In this document: positions 1 through 8,992 of the stretch, piece by piece
Layout: the number at the start of each line of letters is the position of its first letter
Numbering within the stretch: the first letter of the stretch is position 1
DNA from: an uncultured bacterium
GTDB taxonomy: Bacteria; Bacteroidota; Bacteroidia; Bacteroidales; Paludibacteraceae
Reading direction: 5' to 3'
Assembly: GCA_946542925.1 (NCBI GenBank)
Contig: CAMNLA010000006.1
Span: forward strand, 19,512-83,511
Length of the DNA: 64,000 nucleotides
Notes under the pieces: generated by a model
What the model was told of the DNA's origin: nothing
Seen by the model: only the letters and a program-made list of their open reading frames with translations
Databases searched by the model: none
Translations under genes and position numbers: made by a program

Positions 1-692
1 ACACGCTGTCCTTCCCTTACATTACCTATATCGGCCTCATCAATATCCGCCACAACCTGCATATCCGTCAAGTCGTTAGCGATGACGAAGAGAGTTGGAG
101 TACTGAAAGAAGACGCCACCGTCTGTCCTTCCTCCACCGAACGACTTAGCACGACTCCATCTATCGGAGAATAAATGGTTGCATAGCCTAGGTTTGTCTG
201 AGCCTTGGATACTTCATTCTTTGCCACCTCATAATTACTTTTTGCCTTGTTGAAGCTGGCATATGCCGATTCATAGTCAACATCGGCAATCAGCTGCTTC
301 TCGTGTAGATACTTCTGACGTTCATAATTCTTCTGCTCAATTTCATAATCAGATTTCGCTGCCGAAAGGTTGCTTTTTTTTGACTCCAAGTCAGACATAA
401 GGTTCGTCTTATCGAGTTCAGCAATGACCTGACCTTTTTTTACTTCGCTATTGTAATCCACATACAAACGACTGACGATACCAGAGACCTGGGTACCCAC
501 CTCCACTTGAGAAACAGGTTCTACAGTCCCCGTAGCTGTAATAGAACTACTCATCGTTACTCTCTCCACCTCAACCATTTCATAAGTCACCTTTTCGGAA
601 TTCTTTTTCCCGAGGAACCACCACAAAGACAAACTCACCAAAGCAATGAGAACAATGGTGACAAGAACTTTTGTGACATTTGACGATTTCAT
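1..692 (-). CDS. Efflux transporter periplasmic adaptor (HlyD/MacA-type membrane fusion protein); C-terminal part runs off the window
   Basis: Absent from the ORF track because it is truncated. My reverse translation from the ATG at 690-692 gives MKSSNVTKVLVTIVLIALVSLSLWWFLGKKNSEKVTYEMVEVERVTMSSSITATGTVEPVSQVEVGTQVSG..., an N-terminal TM anchor followed by the TGxVEP...V..QVSG start typical of HlyD-family adaptors. It lies 36 nt downstream of a TolC-family gene on the same strand. Confidence 0.75.
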   Translation of the reverse strand, partial: MKSSNVTKVLVTIVLIALVSLSLWWFLGKKNSEKVTYEMVEVERVTMSSSITATGTVEPVSQVEVGTQVSGIVSRLYVDYNSEVKKGQVIAELDKTNLMSDLESKKSNLSAAKSDYEIEQKNYERQKYLHEKQLIADVDYESAYASFNKAKSNYEVAKNEVSKAQTNLGYATIYSPIDGVVLSRSVEEGQTVASSFSTPTLFVIANDLTDMQVVADIDEADIGNVREGQR

Positions 693-727
693 ATACCTCT
701 TTTTTTATTAATATTACTTATACTAAT

Positions 728-2062
728 TTATAGTAAAGGCTCTCCTGCATATAACCGCAACATGTTGATATTATAGACAGCCAAGTACTTTGCCTTAAGG
801 AACTCCTCCTTAGCAGAAAGGAGCAAATCTCGTTGGGCAAGCAGATCTGTCGGATTTTTAAGTCCCACTTCATATTGTTGCTCGACAAGATTGTAGGAAG
901 TACGTGCAGCGGAAAGCTTCTCTTTTGCTGCCAGATAACTCAACTGAGCCTTTTGTGCATCCAGCCAATAATTCTCAATCGTCCACAAAAGATTGTTTCG
1001 AGAATCCTCCAGATTCAATCTGCTATTCTCCAGATTCAGTTTTGCCCGTTCCAATGCCGACTTGTTCTGACGTCCACTGAGCAAAGGGAGATTGAAAGTC
1101 AGGCCCACAGAATTACTCCAATTATCCTTAAGTTGTTCACTCACACTCTGTGATGCCCTTGCCTCGTTAGCCGTACTGATTCCTGCTCCGACAGAAAGTG
1201 TTGGATAAAAGCCTGCACGTGCCACCTTAACAGAGGACTCTGCATTATATATTGCCAATTCGCTTGATTTGATCTCAGGACGATGTAATAATGCCAGACG
1301 ATAAACATCCTTACATTCTGGCAAAGGAGAGAGTATCACTTTTTCATCATAATCCATCCCAGAGATAAAGAAATCATAATCCGGCTCAACATTTATCAAC
1401 TGACACAATTCCAAGCGGTGGCTTCTAACCGCATTACGTGCTGAGATCAGAGTGTATTGTTGCGATGCATATTGTGATTGCATTTGGGCATATTCACTAA
1501 CGGCAATTTGCCCTGCCTCGTACAAAATACGAGAACGCTCCATCTGTTTTGCGACAGTCTGTAACGAACTGTCATTCGTTAAGACATTTTCATCTCCATA
1601 AAGAATATCTATATACGTCCGCATGATATTCTCTATCAGTGTATTCTCACTCTGCTGCAAATTCAAATCTGCGACCCTCTTTTCGCGTTTGGCAATATCG
1701 ATGTTAGATTGCCGTCCAGCATCGAAAAGCGTCCAATTAGCAGTCAGGTCATAACTTCCATTATAGTGATGGGAAGGATCGCCATACGGTCTGTTTGAAT
1801 ACCGTTGTGATGAACCTACTGACAAAGAAGGGAAATAAGCAGCTTGCGCTGATCTTTCATTAACAGAGGCGATATTCTGGGAAATGCGTCTTTGTCTGAT
1901 TTCAACATTGTGAGACAGAGCATAGTCAATACATGATTGCAATGTCCAAACATCACGTTCTCCCTGAGCTGTCACCATATTACAAAGAAACAGCTCCACC
2001 GCCAATAAAACCAAAATCCTATCGCATTGTTTCCGAATTCCAGCTTGTATGATCTTCCTCAT
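728..2062 (-). CDS. TolC-family outer membrane efflux protein
   Basis: 444-aa ORF with a hydrophobic N-terminus (ILVLLAVELFLCNMVTAQ). It has the two-repeat architecture with coiled segments (DIAKREKRVADLNLQQSENTL / LERAKLNLENSRLNLEDSRNNL) typical of outer membrane factor proteins. It is co-directional with the adaptor gene. Confidence 0.85.
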   Translation of the reverse strand: MRKIIQAGIRKQCDRILVLLAVELFLCNMVTAQGERDVWTLQSCIDYALSHNVEIRQRRISQNIASVNERSAQAAYFPSLSVGSSQRYSNRPYGDPSHHYNGSYDLTANWTLFDAGRQSNIDIAKREKRVADLNLQQSENTLIENIMRTYIDILYGDENVLTNDSSLQTVAKQMERSRILYEAGQIAVSEYAQMQSQYASQQYTLISARNAVRSHRLELCQLINVEPDYDFFISGMDYDEKVILSPLPECKDVYRLALLHRPEIKSSELAIYNAESSVKVARAGFYPTLSVGAGISTANEARASQSVSEQLKDNWSNSVGLTFNLPLLSGRQNKSALERAKLNLENSRLNLEDSRNNLLWTIENYWLDAQKAQLSYLAAKEKLSAARTSYNLVEQQYEVGLKNPTDLLAQRDLLLSAKEEFLKAKYLAVYNINMLRLYAGEPLL

Positions 2063-2140
2063 TCCTTTACCTATAAATTAATGCATCCTTACTATATTTT
2101 GTAGCTTACTTCCTCTTCTCCGCAAAAATAGATTTTTTTC

Positions 2141-2183
2141 TAAAAAAATGAGAGAGTTGACATTTACAACTCCCTCATTTTTC
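2141..2183 (-). terminator. Rho-independent terminator-like hairpin downstream of the SPFH gene
   Basis: The arms atgagagagttg (2148-2159) and caactccctcat (2167-2178) form a 12-bp stem with one mismatch around a 7-nt loop. An A7 run lies on the + side, which is T7 after the stem on the minus strand. Confidence 0.55.
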
Positions 2184-2308
2184 TGCTGTTATTCTAAATT
2201 CTATCTTCTCATCCCGCCGTGCTTGGTTTCGGTTCTTCTCCTGAGCAGAGATCATGAGAATTCTGCCACGAGCGACCTACATTATCTTCTATAGGTAAGA
2301 AAGACAGA

Positions 2309-3250
2309 TTAGGCGTCCTTAAAGATTTCCTTGATTCCACCTATACTTCCCATCAGGTTAGTTGCCTCATAAGGAAGATAAACCGTTTTTGCCTGAGAAC
2401 CTTTCGAAAGCTGTTCCATCATTGCGATGTACTTCTGTGCCAGAAGGTAGCTTGCCGGGTTTGTCTTTCCACCCAAAGCCTCAGCTATCTTCTCGATAGC
2501 CACAGCCTCTGCTTCTGCTTTTCTAATACGTGCCTGAGCTTCTCCTTCTGCCTTAAGAATTGCCGTTTGCTTAGCAGCTTCTGCCTTATTGATAAGCGAA
2601 GTTTTCTCTCCCTCTGACTGAAGAATTGCTGCGGACTTTTCTCCTTCACTTGTCAAGATTGTAGCACGTTTATTTCTTTCTGCCTGCATCTGTTTCTCCA
2701 TAGCCTGTAATACGCTTTCAGGAGGGGTAATGTCTTGCAGTTCTACACGATTCACCTTGATGCCCCATTTATTGGTGGCATCGTCTAAGACAGCACGGAG
2801 TTTCGTATTGATCGTATCGCGAGACGTAAGTGTCTGATCCAGTTCCAATTCACCAATGATATTACGTAAAGTTGTCTGTGTTAATTTCTCAATGGCCATT
2901 GGCAGATTGCTGATCTCATAGACAGATTTGAACGGATCTACAATCTGGAAGTACAACAAAGCGTTGATCTGCGTTTGAACATTGTCTTTCGTGATTACGT
3001 TCTGTTTGTCAAAATCATACACCTGTTCACGTAGATCAATAAGAGACGTCGAAACATAGCGACCACGCACAAGCGAAACGACGCTTTTTGCCTTATCAAT
3101 AAACGGTACGATGATGTTCACTCCAGGAGAAAGAGTAGCATGGTACTTTCCCAAACGCTCAATAATGCGCGTCTCGGACTGAGGAATAATCACAAGGGAC
3201 TTTGCAATCAGAATGATTGCAAGCAAAACCAAAATAAGTACAGGTACCAT
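2309..3250 (-). CDS. SPFH/Band-7 (stomatin/QmcA-like) membrane protein
   Basis: 313 aa with an N-terminal TM segment (VPVLILVLLAIILIA) and an SPFH core (IIPQSETRIIERLGKY...NVITKDNV...YFQIVDP). The tail is an Ala/Glu-rich coiled coil (AEAAKQTAILKAEGEAQARIRKAEAEA). Confidence 0.9.
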   Translation of the reverse strand: MVPVLILVLLAIILIAKSLVIIPQSETRIIERLGKYHATLSPGVNIIVPFIDKAKSVVSLVRGRYVSTSLIDLREQVYDFDKQNVITKDNVQTQINALLYFQIVDPFKSVYEISNLPMAIEKLTQTTLRNIIGELELDQTLTSRDTINTKLRAVLDDATNKWGIKVNRVELQDITPPESVLQAMEKQMQAERNKRATILTSEGEKSAAILQSEGEKTSLINKAEAAKQTAILKAEGEAQARIRKAEAEAVAIEKIAEALGGKTNPASYLLAQKYIAMMEQLSKGSQAKTVYLPYEATNLMGSIGGIKEIFKDA

Positions 3251-3368
3251 TGTTGCAAAAATTTAAGGTTAAACTATAATGTCGTTTATATGTTCTTTTT
3301 CAACAGGCCTTATTGAGCCATGTCTTATTCTAAAAAGTTCAACATCAACTCATGTGGTTAAAAAAGGG

Positions 3369-3821
3369 TTAAGCCACTTTCTCAACGGTGACAATAATAC
3401 TGTCACGTGAGAGGATTCGTACTCGAGTTCCCTTTTCAATACGCATAGCATCCTGACTTTGCGCTTTCCAATCATCACCATCCAGTTTGACTCTTCCAAA
3501 TCCATTCAGTTCGATAGTCTCACTGACTTCTCCCACTCGACCTATGATTGCATCCGCATTCGAAACTTTCTGTTCACTCTTACGATAAAAATACTTGACA
3601 GCAACCGGTCGAATGACGAGCAAAGAAAGTACGGAAAAAACAGCGAATATTGCCAACTGTCCATAAAAAGAGATTCCGAATAAAACGGCAATCATTGAAA
3701 CAAGAGCCCCAAGAGAGAAACAGACAATAAAAAACCCACCAGAGAAGAGTTCCATAACCAGGAACAATAACGTCATAGCAAGCCAAAAATGGAAAAGATG
3801 TGTAATTATGAAAGAAGTCAT
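3369..3821 (-). CDS. NfeD-family membrane protein (partner of the SPFH protein)
   Basis: 150 aa. The N-terminal half is hydrophobic. The C-terminal part is an OB-fold-like segment (GRVGEVSETIELNGFGRVKLDGDDWKAQS...RVRILSRDSIIVTVEKV). It sits immediately upstream of the SPFH gene on the same strand, which is the classical pairing. Confidence 0.85.
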   Translation of the reverse strand: MTSFIITHLFHFWLAMTLLFLVMELFSGGFFIVCFSLGALVSMIAVLFGISFYGQLAIFAVFSVLSLLVIRPVAVKYFYRKSEQKVSNADAIIGRVGEVSETIELNGFGRVKLDGDDWKAQSQDAMRIEKGTRVRILSRDSIIVTVEKVA

Positions 3822-3930
3822 GTTGCCTTATTTTTCTCAAAGATAAGCTATTTCTACTGAGAAATGCAAATTCTTCAAAAAAACTATCTAAAATTTTCCG
3901 TTATAAATATGCTTAAGGTATTCTATCTCC

Positions 3931-5544
3931 TTATTTTACCCGGATTTTCTGGCCAATCTGTAAACTTGAATTCCTGCTACCGTTCAACTGTTGCAATTCC
4001 CGTACAGAGGTTCGGTACTTCTGAGCTATCGAATAATAGGTTTCTCCCTTCTGGACCGTATGATATGCTGCTGTACTCTTCTTTCCTATCGGCGACGTTT
4101 TCTGCTCTCCAAGACGAACTTTCAACCTCTGTCCAGGTCGAATTGCCGTTGTTGTCAAGCCGTTCCATTCTTCCAATTGAGTTATTGAGCATCCGTACCT
4201 CTGGGAGATAGAGTATAGTGTTTCACCCACTTTTACGATGTGAGTTTCAGTCTGGTCAAAAGAAGGAGTCCGCGGCTTTTCTTCCCTGGCGGAAACTTCG
4301 CTGCTTTCAGTACTTGTTCCTTTTTCAATGGATTTAGCTGTTGAAAATTCCATTCCCTTTTCGCTATCCTGGAAAGACCGCTGTAAGCTTTGCCTGTTCT
4401 GACTATAATCCTGAGATCCTGCAGGAATATCCTTCGGAACAGAATCAAGACTCTCCGACGTAACAGTCGTTTCTCCTGAAGAAGAAATAACGTAAGTTGT
4501 CACTGTTTGTCTTCGTTTTGCAGGAGGAGGATTCTCCGACTGACGATCTGAAGGCAACGACGTCATAAACTGATCTTTCTTAGCGTCGTAAACCACTTCG
4601 TAATCATCCTTCGTCGATTCTTTGGATGCTTGTTTCGTAACAGAATCAGAGCGACCCCCCCCATGTCGAATCTTCAGAGAACGCCCCACATAAAGTCGTG
4701 AAGAAGAGAGATTGTTCCACTGTTTAAGCTCCTCAACCGTGCAGCCGTATTGTCTGGCAATACTACTCAGAGTTTCTCCTTTACGTACTTTGTGTGTTCC
4801 GTAATTATCCAACTCTTTGTCAGAAGTCTTTTGTCTGCCAAGAGCAGAAGGGATTTCCTCGTCAGATGTGTCAAACTCACCACCATCATCCTGTGAATTC
4901 AATTCCATCATCGTAGATTTGAAAAAATCATCATCCAATTCCGAACGATTAAATCCGTTCGAACCAGTCTCACCAATCAGACGACGTGCCGTGACATAAC
5001 GCGCAGCGTAGTATCGCTGAGCACTATTGTCAATAGAAATACCTTTGGAACATGCGGCATGAATAAAATCGAAGGTTCCGTCTCCATTATTACGCACTAC
5101 GATACCCACATGACCCACATGGCCAGAACCTACCCGACTTCCATTAAAGAACACCAAATCGCCTGGTTGCCATTCCGAATGCATCACCGGCATTCCATAA
5201 TTGGTCTGTCCGGCAGAACTGTGCACTAAATTATATCCAAGATGGCGATAACAATACGATGTAAAACCAGAGCAGTCAAAAGAATAAGGTCCCGTTGCGC
5301 CTCCCCGATAAGGACGTCCTAAATAATGGTGAGCATAAATCAGCAGAGAATCCACACTTCGGTCATCAGAATAGACCCCATGGTAAGCCGGCTTTCTGTC
5401 CTTCTTTTCGTCCTTTACTTGCTGAACCGATGAGTGTTGAACCTGCTCCTTTTCATGCTTCTTACGCGTACCAAACCATGCATAACTCTGTCCTGCAACA
5501 AACAAGAGAATTAAGAGAAGTCCTATTCGATATAGATTTGACAC
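3931..5544 (-). CDS. NlpC/P60 (C40) peptidoglycan hydrolase with three LysM repeats
   Basis: It has a signal-like N-terminus. The catalytic region is FDCSGFTSYCYRHLGY...GHVGIVV. The three LysM units are HKVRKGETLSSIARQYGCTVEELKQWNNL, HIVKVGETLYSISQRYGCSITQLEEWNGL and HTVQKGETYYSIAQKYRTSVRELQQLNG. Confidence 0.9.
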   Translation of the reverse strand: MSNLYRIGLLLILLFVAGQSYAWFGTRKKHEKEQVQHSSVQQVKDEKKDRKPAYHGVYSDDRSVDSLLIYAHHYLGRPYRGGATGPYSFDCSGFTSYCYRHLGYNLVHSSAGQTNYGMPVMHSEWQPGDLVFFNGSRVGSGHVGHVGIVVRNNGDGTFDFIHAACSKGISIDNSAQRYYAARYVTARRLIGETGSNGFNRSELDDDFFKSTMMELNSQDDGGEFDTSDEEIPSALGRQKTSDKELDNYGTHKVRKGETLSSIARQYGCTVEELKQWNNLSSSRLYVGRSLKIRHGGGRSDSVTKQASKESTKDDYEVVYDAKKDQFMTSLPSDRQSENPPPAKRRQTVTTYVISSSGETTVTSESLDSVPKDIPAGSQDYSQNRQSLQRSFQDSEKGMEFSTAKSIEKGTSTESSEVSAREEKPRTPSFDQTETHIVKVGETLYSISQRYGCSITQLEEWNGLTTTAIRPGQRLKVRLGEQKTSPIGKKSTAAYHTVQKGETYYSIAQKYRTSVRELQQLNGSRNSSLQIGQKIRVK

Positions 5545-5628
5545 AACAAATGGTTTTTATGGGGTTTTACTGAGTACGTTATCGTTTCGCCAGGCCTTTT
5601 ATCGTCTGACCCTACTGGAAAAAAGAAC

Positions 5629-6420
5629 TTATTTCTCGTCTAAACGCGCTGTTTTCGCCCTTTCGCGATGAGCAAACTGCGGAATAGGAGTAGGAGGAAT
5701 GTAATTGATATCACTCTCGGGGGTCAGCTTTTCTTCCTTGCGTCGATAATAATAGACCAAACCATATTTCTGGCACTCCATCAGACGTTTGTATGGTGGC
5801 AACATTGCAAAATGAGCCTCAACCTCGTTCCAAATCCGGAGAATGATAGCGTCTCCTTCTTTTCGCTTATCTGCCACACGTTGCAAATAGCGAGCCGTGC
5901 TCTGCTGATATATTTTCTGAGAGATCTTGTAATCCTTAAACTCCTCGTAGTGCACTTGAACCTTAGCAATACCAGGGTTATACATTGGAGCACCACCATT
6001 ACGCATACGCTCGGTTTCCCCATCTATGAGAATCTGTCCCCACTTCAGGATGGCCGCTTCTGTCGAAAGATCTGGAACTGTAAAATCATCCGGTTTCAAA
6101 TGGTAGAATACCTTATGTTCTCTCTTGATATCCTTACGCAGAACCGCAAGGTTCAGTACTTGAATAAAATGAGAAATATACAATCTAGCCACATGCGACT
6201 CATGTTGGTAGTTCTTATTCGCTGAAACTTGAGCGTCCAGAGCCTGTTGATACTGTGCCAGAGCTTTCTCAAAATCAGACAAATAGTTCTTGGCCTCATT
6301 GATCAGCGGATACGGTAACCGGAAATCACCGGCATCAATACGGGATTCGTTCTCCATGATAGCATTGCGCAGGGCCCTTACGCGTGCCTGATCTGTGTTG
6401 GGTAATCTTCTGTAAGGCAT
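5629..6420 (-). CDS. Hypothetical cytoplasmic protein, no family recognised
   Basis: The ORF is 5629..6459. I place the start at the internal Met (MPYRRLPNTDQARVRALRNA...), 13 codons into the ORF. There is no TM or signal peptide and composition is normal. No motif is known to me. Confidence 0.5.
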   Translation of the reverse strand: MPYRRLPNTDQARVRALRNAIMENESRIDAGDFRLPYPLINEAKNYLSDFEKALAQYQQALDAQVSANKNYQHESHVARLYISHFIQVLNLAVLRKDIKREHKVFYHLKPDDFTVPDLSTEAAILKWGQILIDGETERMRNGGAPMYNPGIAKVQVHYEEFKDYKISQKIYQQSTARYLQRVADKRKEGDAIILRIWNEVEAHFAMLPPYKRLMECQKYGLVYYYRRKEEKLTPESDINYIPPTPIPQFAHRERAKTARLDEK

Positions 6421-6578
6421 AAGTATAAAATTGTTGTTCCGATCAATGAATACATGCAATCGCTGTTCGAGGAAACGAAACGAAAAACCACCTTGTCATC
6501 CCATCACAGGGTCATGGCAAAGCATAATCCGGCTTCCTGCGAACAAAAGGAATGGGCAAGAGCCTATCCTTCCCTCGA

Positions 6579-7550
6579 TCACAGAGTCCTGTTCATTAAT
6601 CTTTGGGCGAGAGAAGCAAGCTGCGAGGTGCGTTCTGATCGATGTAGCTCGTCAAGGAGTTGGAGCGCCTTGTCGAGGTATTGGTCCATCCGCTGTTCGG
6701 TCAGAAATTTGACACCAGTCGCATCATATAAGGCCGTCACGGCAGCAATCTTCTCTTGCGGATTATAATCCGTTGCTGCCAGCCAGTGATTCAATTCGTT
6801 ACGTTGCTGAAGATCAGCATAGCGCAAAGCATTGATCAATAAAAAAGTTTTCTTATTACAGAGGATATCTCCTCCAATCTGTTTTCCAAAAGTTTTTGCA
6901 TCACCATACACATCCAAGAGATCATCCTTTAATTGGAATGCCAAGCCGATGTTAATGCCGAAATCATACAATCGGGAAGCGTCCTGATCATTTGCACCTC
7001 CGATTATGGCACCAATCTTCAACGCACCGGCCAGCAAGACAGCTGTTTTCAGCCGGATCATCTTCAGATATTCCTTCTCCGTAACATCGTTTCGATGTTC
7101 GAATTCCATATCATATTGTTGTCCTTCGCAGACTTCCAAAGCAGTCTGCGTAAAAACAGTCAGAGAGCGAGACAATTTATCTTCCGGCATCTTGGCAAAG
7201 AATTCGTACGCCTTTACAAGCATTGCATCGCCAGATAAGATTGCCACGTTTTCGTTCCATTTATTGTGGACAGTCGGTTTCCCCCTACGAATGGGAGCCT
7301 TGTCCATCACATCATCGTGCAACAGGGTAAAATTATGAAACACCTCAACTGCCAAAGCCGGCATCAAAGCACCTTCCACCTCTTCACAAAAGACATTGCA
7401 TGCCATCAGAGTCAAGAGTGGCCGGAGGCGCTTTCCTCCCAAAGACAACACATACTCGACTGGAGCGTACAAGTCTTTTGGTTCTTTCGTCCAATCCATC
7501 TGACTCATGCGAGTTGCCACCAGTTCTTGTATTTCCGCAGTCGTCAACAT
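6579..7550 (-). CDS. Polyprenyl diphosphate synthase (trans-isoprenyl diphosphate synthase, IspB/GGPPS-like)
   Basis: 323 aa. It carries both aspartate-rich motifs: first LLHDDVMD, second FQLKDDLLDVYGD. GKRLRP is present near the N-terminus. Confidence 0.9.
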   Translation of the reverse strand: MLTTAEIQELVATRMSQMDWTKEPKDLYAPVEYVLSLGGKRLRPLLTLMACNVFCEEVEGALMPALAVEVFHNFTLLHDDVMDKAPIRRGKPTVHNKWNENVAILSGDAMLVKAYEFFAKMPEDKLSRSLTVFTQTALEVCEGQQYDMEFEHRNDVTEKEYLKMIRLKTAVLLAGALKIGAIIGGANDQDASRLYDFGINIGLAFQLKDDLLDVYGDAKTFGKQIGGDILCNKKTFLLINALRYADLQQRNELNHWLAATDYNPQEKIAAVTALYDATGVKFLTEQRMDQYLDKALQLLDELHRSERTSQLASLAQRLMNRTL

Positions 7551-7889
7551 ATACGTTCAGTTAGTCGTCCTAAAAATTTCTTAGTCATCTTAAAGACACG
7601 GTCTATCAATCAAACCTATCCTCCTCACGATTAGGAACTCACGAAAATAAACAAAAAAAACTTTTTTGCGAAAACTATTTATCGACAATCCGCCTCTCCC
7701 CCTCTTCGCAATCCCCAACAGAAAAGCGAAGGACACCATTTCTTAAAAAAACAAAAATTCTTCGACACGTCTATAATGACGTTCAGTCAGCACAAAAAAA
7801 AAATCATATGACGAGTTAAAAAGACAAAAAGTAATTCACTGCGGAAACAAAAACTGGCACCATTTTTGGGAAAGTCAAGGAGAATCTTC

Positions 7890-7897
7890 TATTTTTG
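7890..7897 (+). promoter_or_regulatory. Candidate Bacteroidota -7 promoter element (TATTTTTG)
   Basis: Matches the established Bacteroides -7 consensus TAnnTTTG. It lies 23 nt upstream of the ATG at 7920. Confidence 0.35.
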
Positions 7898-7919
7898 TGA
7901 AACAAAAAAACTACAGACC

Positions 7920-8381
7920 ATGAGAATCTTCGCAACACCTATTCGGCTCTCAATACTGCTTGCTGCTATTATCATTTCCGTCAATACACATGCCGGCATG
8001 GTAGCAATCACCATCAACACCGATATGGAAACCGCCATCCTACGTCATGAAAAAGCCGGTGCCGTAGTACAGGTCATTCCATGTCAGGACGAGAACTACC
8101 CAACCACCATCCGCGCAAAATACAAGGACAAATCCGGAACTTTTCTTGTGACAGACGTTATTGCAAGTGGAGAAAACAATGTCAGCAAACAGGTAATTGT
8201 CTGCAAAAACGCAGATGCACTGCGAGGCCTTGCCACATGGTTCAACCAACAAGACAATTATTCGTTTGTTTCCGCAGACAAATGGAAAACCGAGGTAGAT
8301 GGAGAATCTGTCGTTGTGTACTTTGAACCTGTTGACCTATATGGCGAAGGTATTATTATCGAGAAAGAACGATTCAAATAA
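7920..8381 (+). CDS. Small secreted hypothetical protein
   Basis: The ORF is 7866..8381. The start is placed at the internal MRIFATPIRLSILLAAIIISVNTHA, which looks like a signal peptide. No family recognised. Confidence 0.5.
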   Translation: MRIFATPIRLSILLAAIIISVNTHAGMVAITINTDMETAILRHEKAGAVVQVIPCQDENYPTTIRAKYKDKSGTFLVTDVIASGENNVSKQVIVCKNADALRGLATWFNQQDNYSFVSADKWKTEVDGESVVVYFEPVDLYGEGIIIEKERFK

Positions 8382-8406
8382 GCAAAGACACACAATGTTC
8401 TTTTCC

Positions 8407-8448
8407 ATCCCATTACCTGCAAAACCGGTGATGGGATTATTTATTTCC
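8407..8448 (+). terminator. Rho-independent terminator-like hairpin after ORF 7920-8381
   Basis: The arms atcccattacc (8407-8417) and ggtgatgggat (8427-8437) give 10 Watson-Crick pairs plus one G-U pair around a 9-nt loop. A T-rich stretch (tatttatttcc) follows. Confidence 0.55.
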
Positions 8449-8487
8449 CATAGAGATGCCACACAAAAATGACAGATGAACAGAGAA

Positions 8488-8586
8488 AGCATATATTATC
8501 TATACTTTAACTATATTATATCTATGCTTTAACTATACTATATCTATGCTTTATGTATGCTTTAACTGTGCTTTGGCAGTGCTATG
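8488..8586 (+). repeat. Degenerate AT-rich short tandem repeats (TATCTATGCTTTAAC-like units), part 1 of composite element A
   Basis: Read directly: ...tatctatactttaac tatattatatctatgctttaac tatactatatctatgctttatgtatgctttaac tgtgctttggcagtgctatg. No ORF of 60 aa or more covers it. Confidence 0.8.
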
Positions 8587-8589
8587 AAT

Positions 8590-8765
8590 ATGAAGAAGTA
8601 GAGGAAAAGGAATGGCGGAGCAACAGCGAACAGGAATCGGGGGCGGCAGGAGAGGAAAAGAAAAGGCAGAGACGTAGGGAAAGTTGAGGCAGAAAGAAAG
8701 GAATGGAAAGTGGCAAGAAAAGAAATGAAAGCAGGATGGGACGATGAGAAGTGAAAGACTGGGCT
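8590..8765 (+). repeat. Polypurine (GA-rich) tract, part 2 of composite element A
   Basis: My hand count of 8591-8760 finds 29 pyrimidines in 170 nt, about 83% purine on the + strand. It is non-coding in all frames of the ORF track. Confidence 0.8.
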
Positions 8766-8992
8766 TATAGCCGCATTCTTAGTGGCAACTATCCTCTTTA
8801 GGATTTTTCTCCCTTACGACTGCGGCAGGTTCTTGAAATTCCTGCTCACAGATGTGACGTGGTACGGCTTTAACGTCTGTATCATAATAATCATAGTGGA
8901 ACTGGCAATAAACAAATAGACAGACTTTTAACAACCGTTTATATAGACAACTTATTCAGTTAAGACGCTCACTCTCTAATTAAGGCAAGGAT

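Noticed and set aside
7855-7870. Sigma-54-like promoter TGGCAC-cattt-TTGG upstream of ORF 7920-8381
   Set aside because: The -24 element is perfect, but the nearly invariant GC of the -12 element is GG here. I found no other TGGCAC-N5-TTGC match while scanning by eye. A PWM scan and TSS data would be needed.
8488-8586. Possible CRISPR array, considered for this block and for the similar block at 49138-49330
   Set aside because: The repeat units are short (about 12-20 nt), degenerate and contiguous. There are no uniform spacers, and no cas genes occur in the window.
8761-8840. tRNA-like start (gggcttatagcc...) after the polypurine tract
   Set aside because: There is no D-loop AGCTCAGTTGG-type sequence, no GGTTCGAATCC-type T-arm and no cloverleaf pairing that I can draw. 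No tRNA or rRNA was recognised anywhere in the window.
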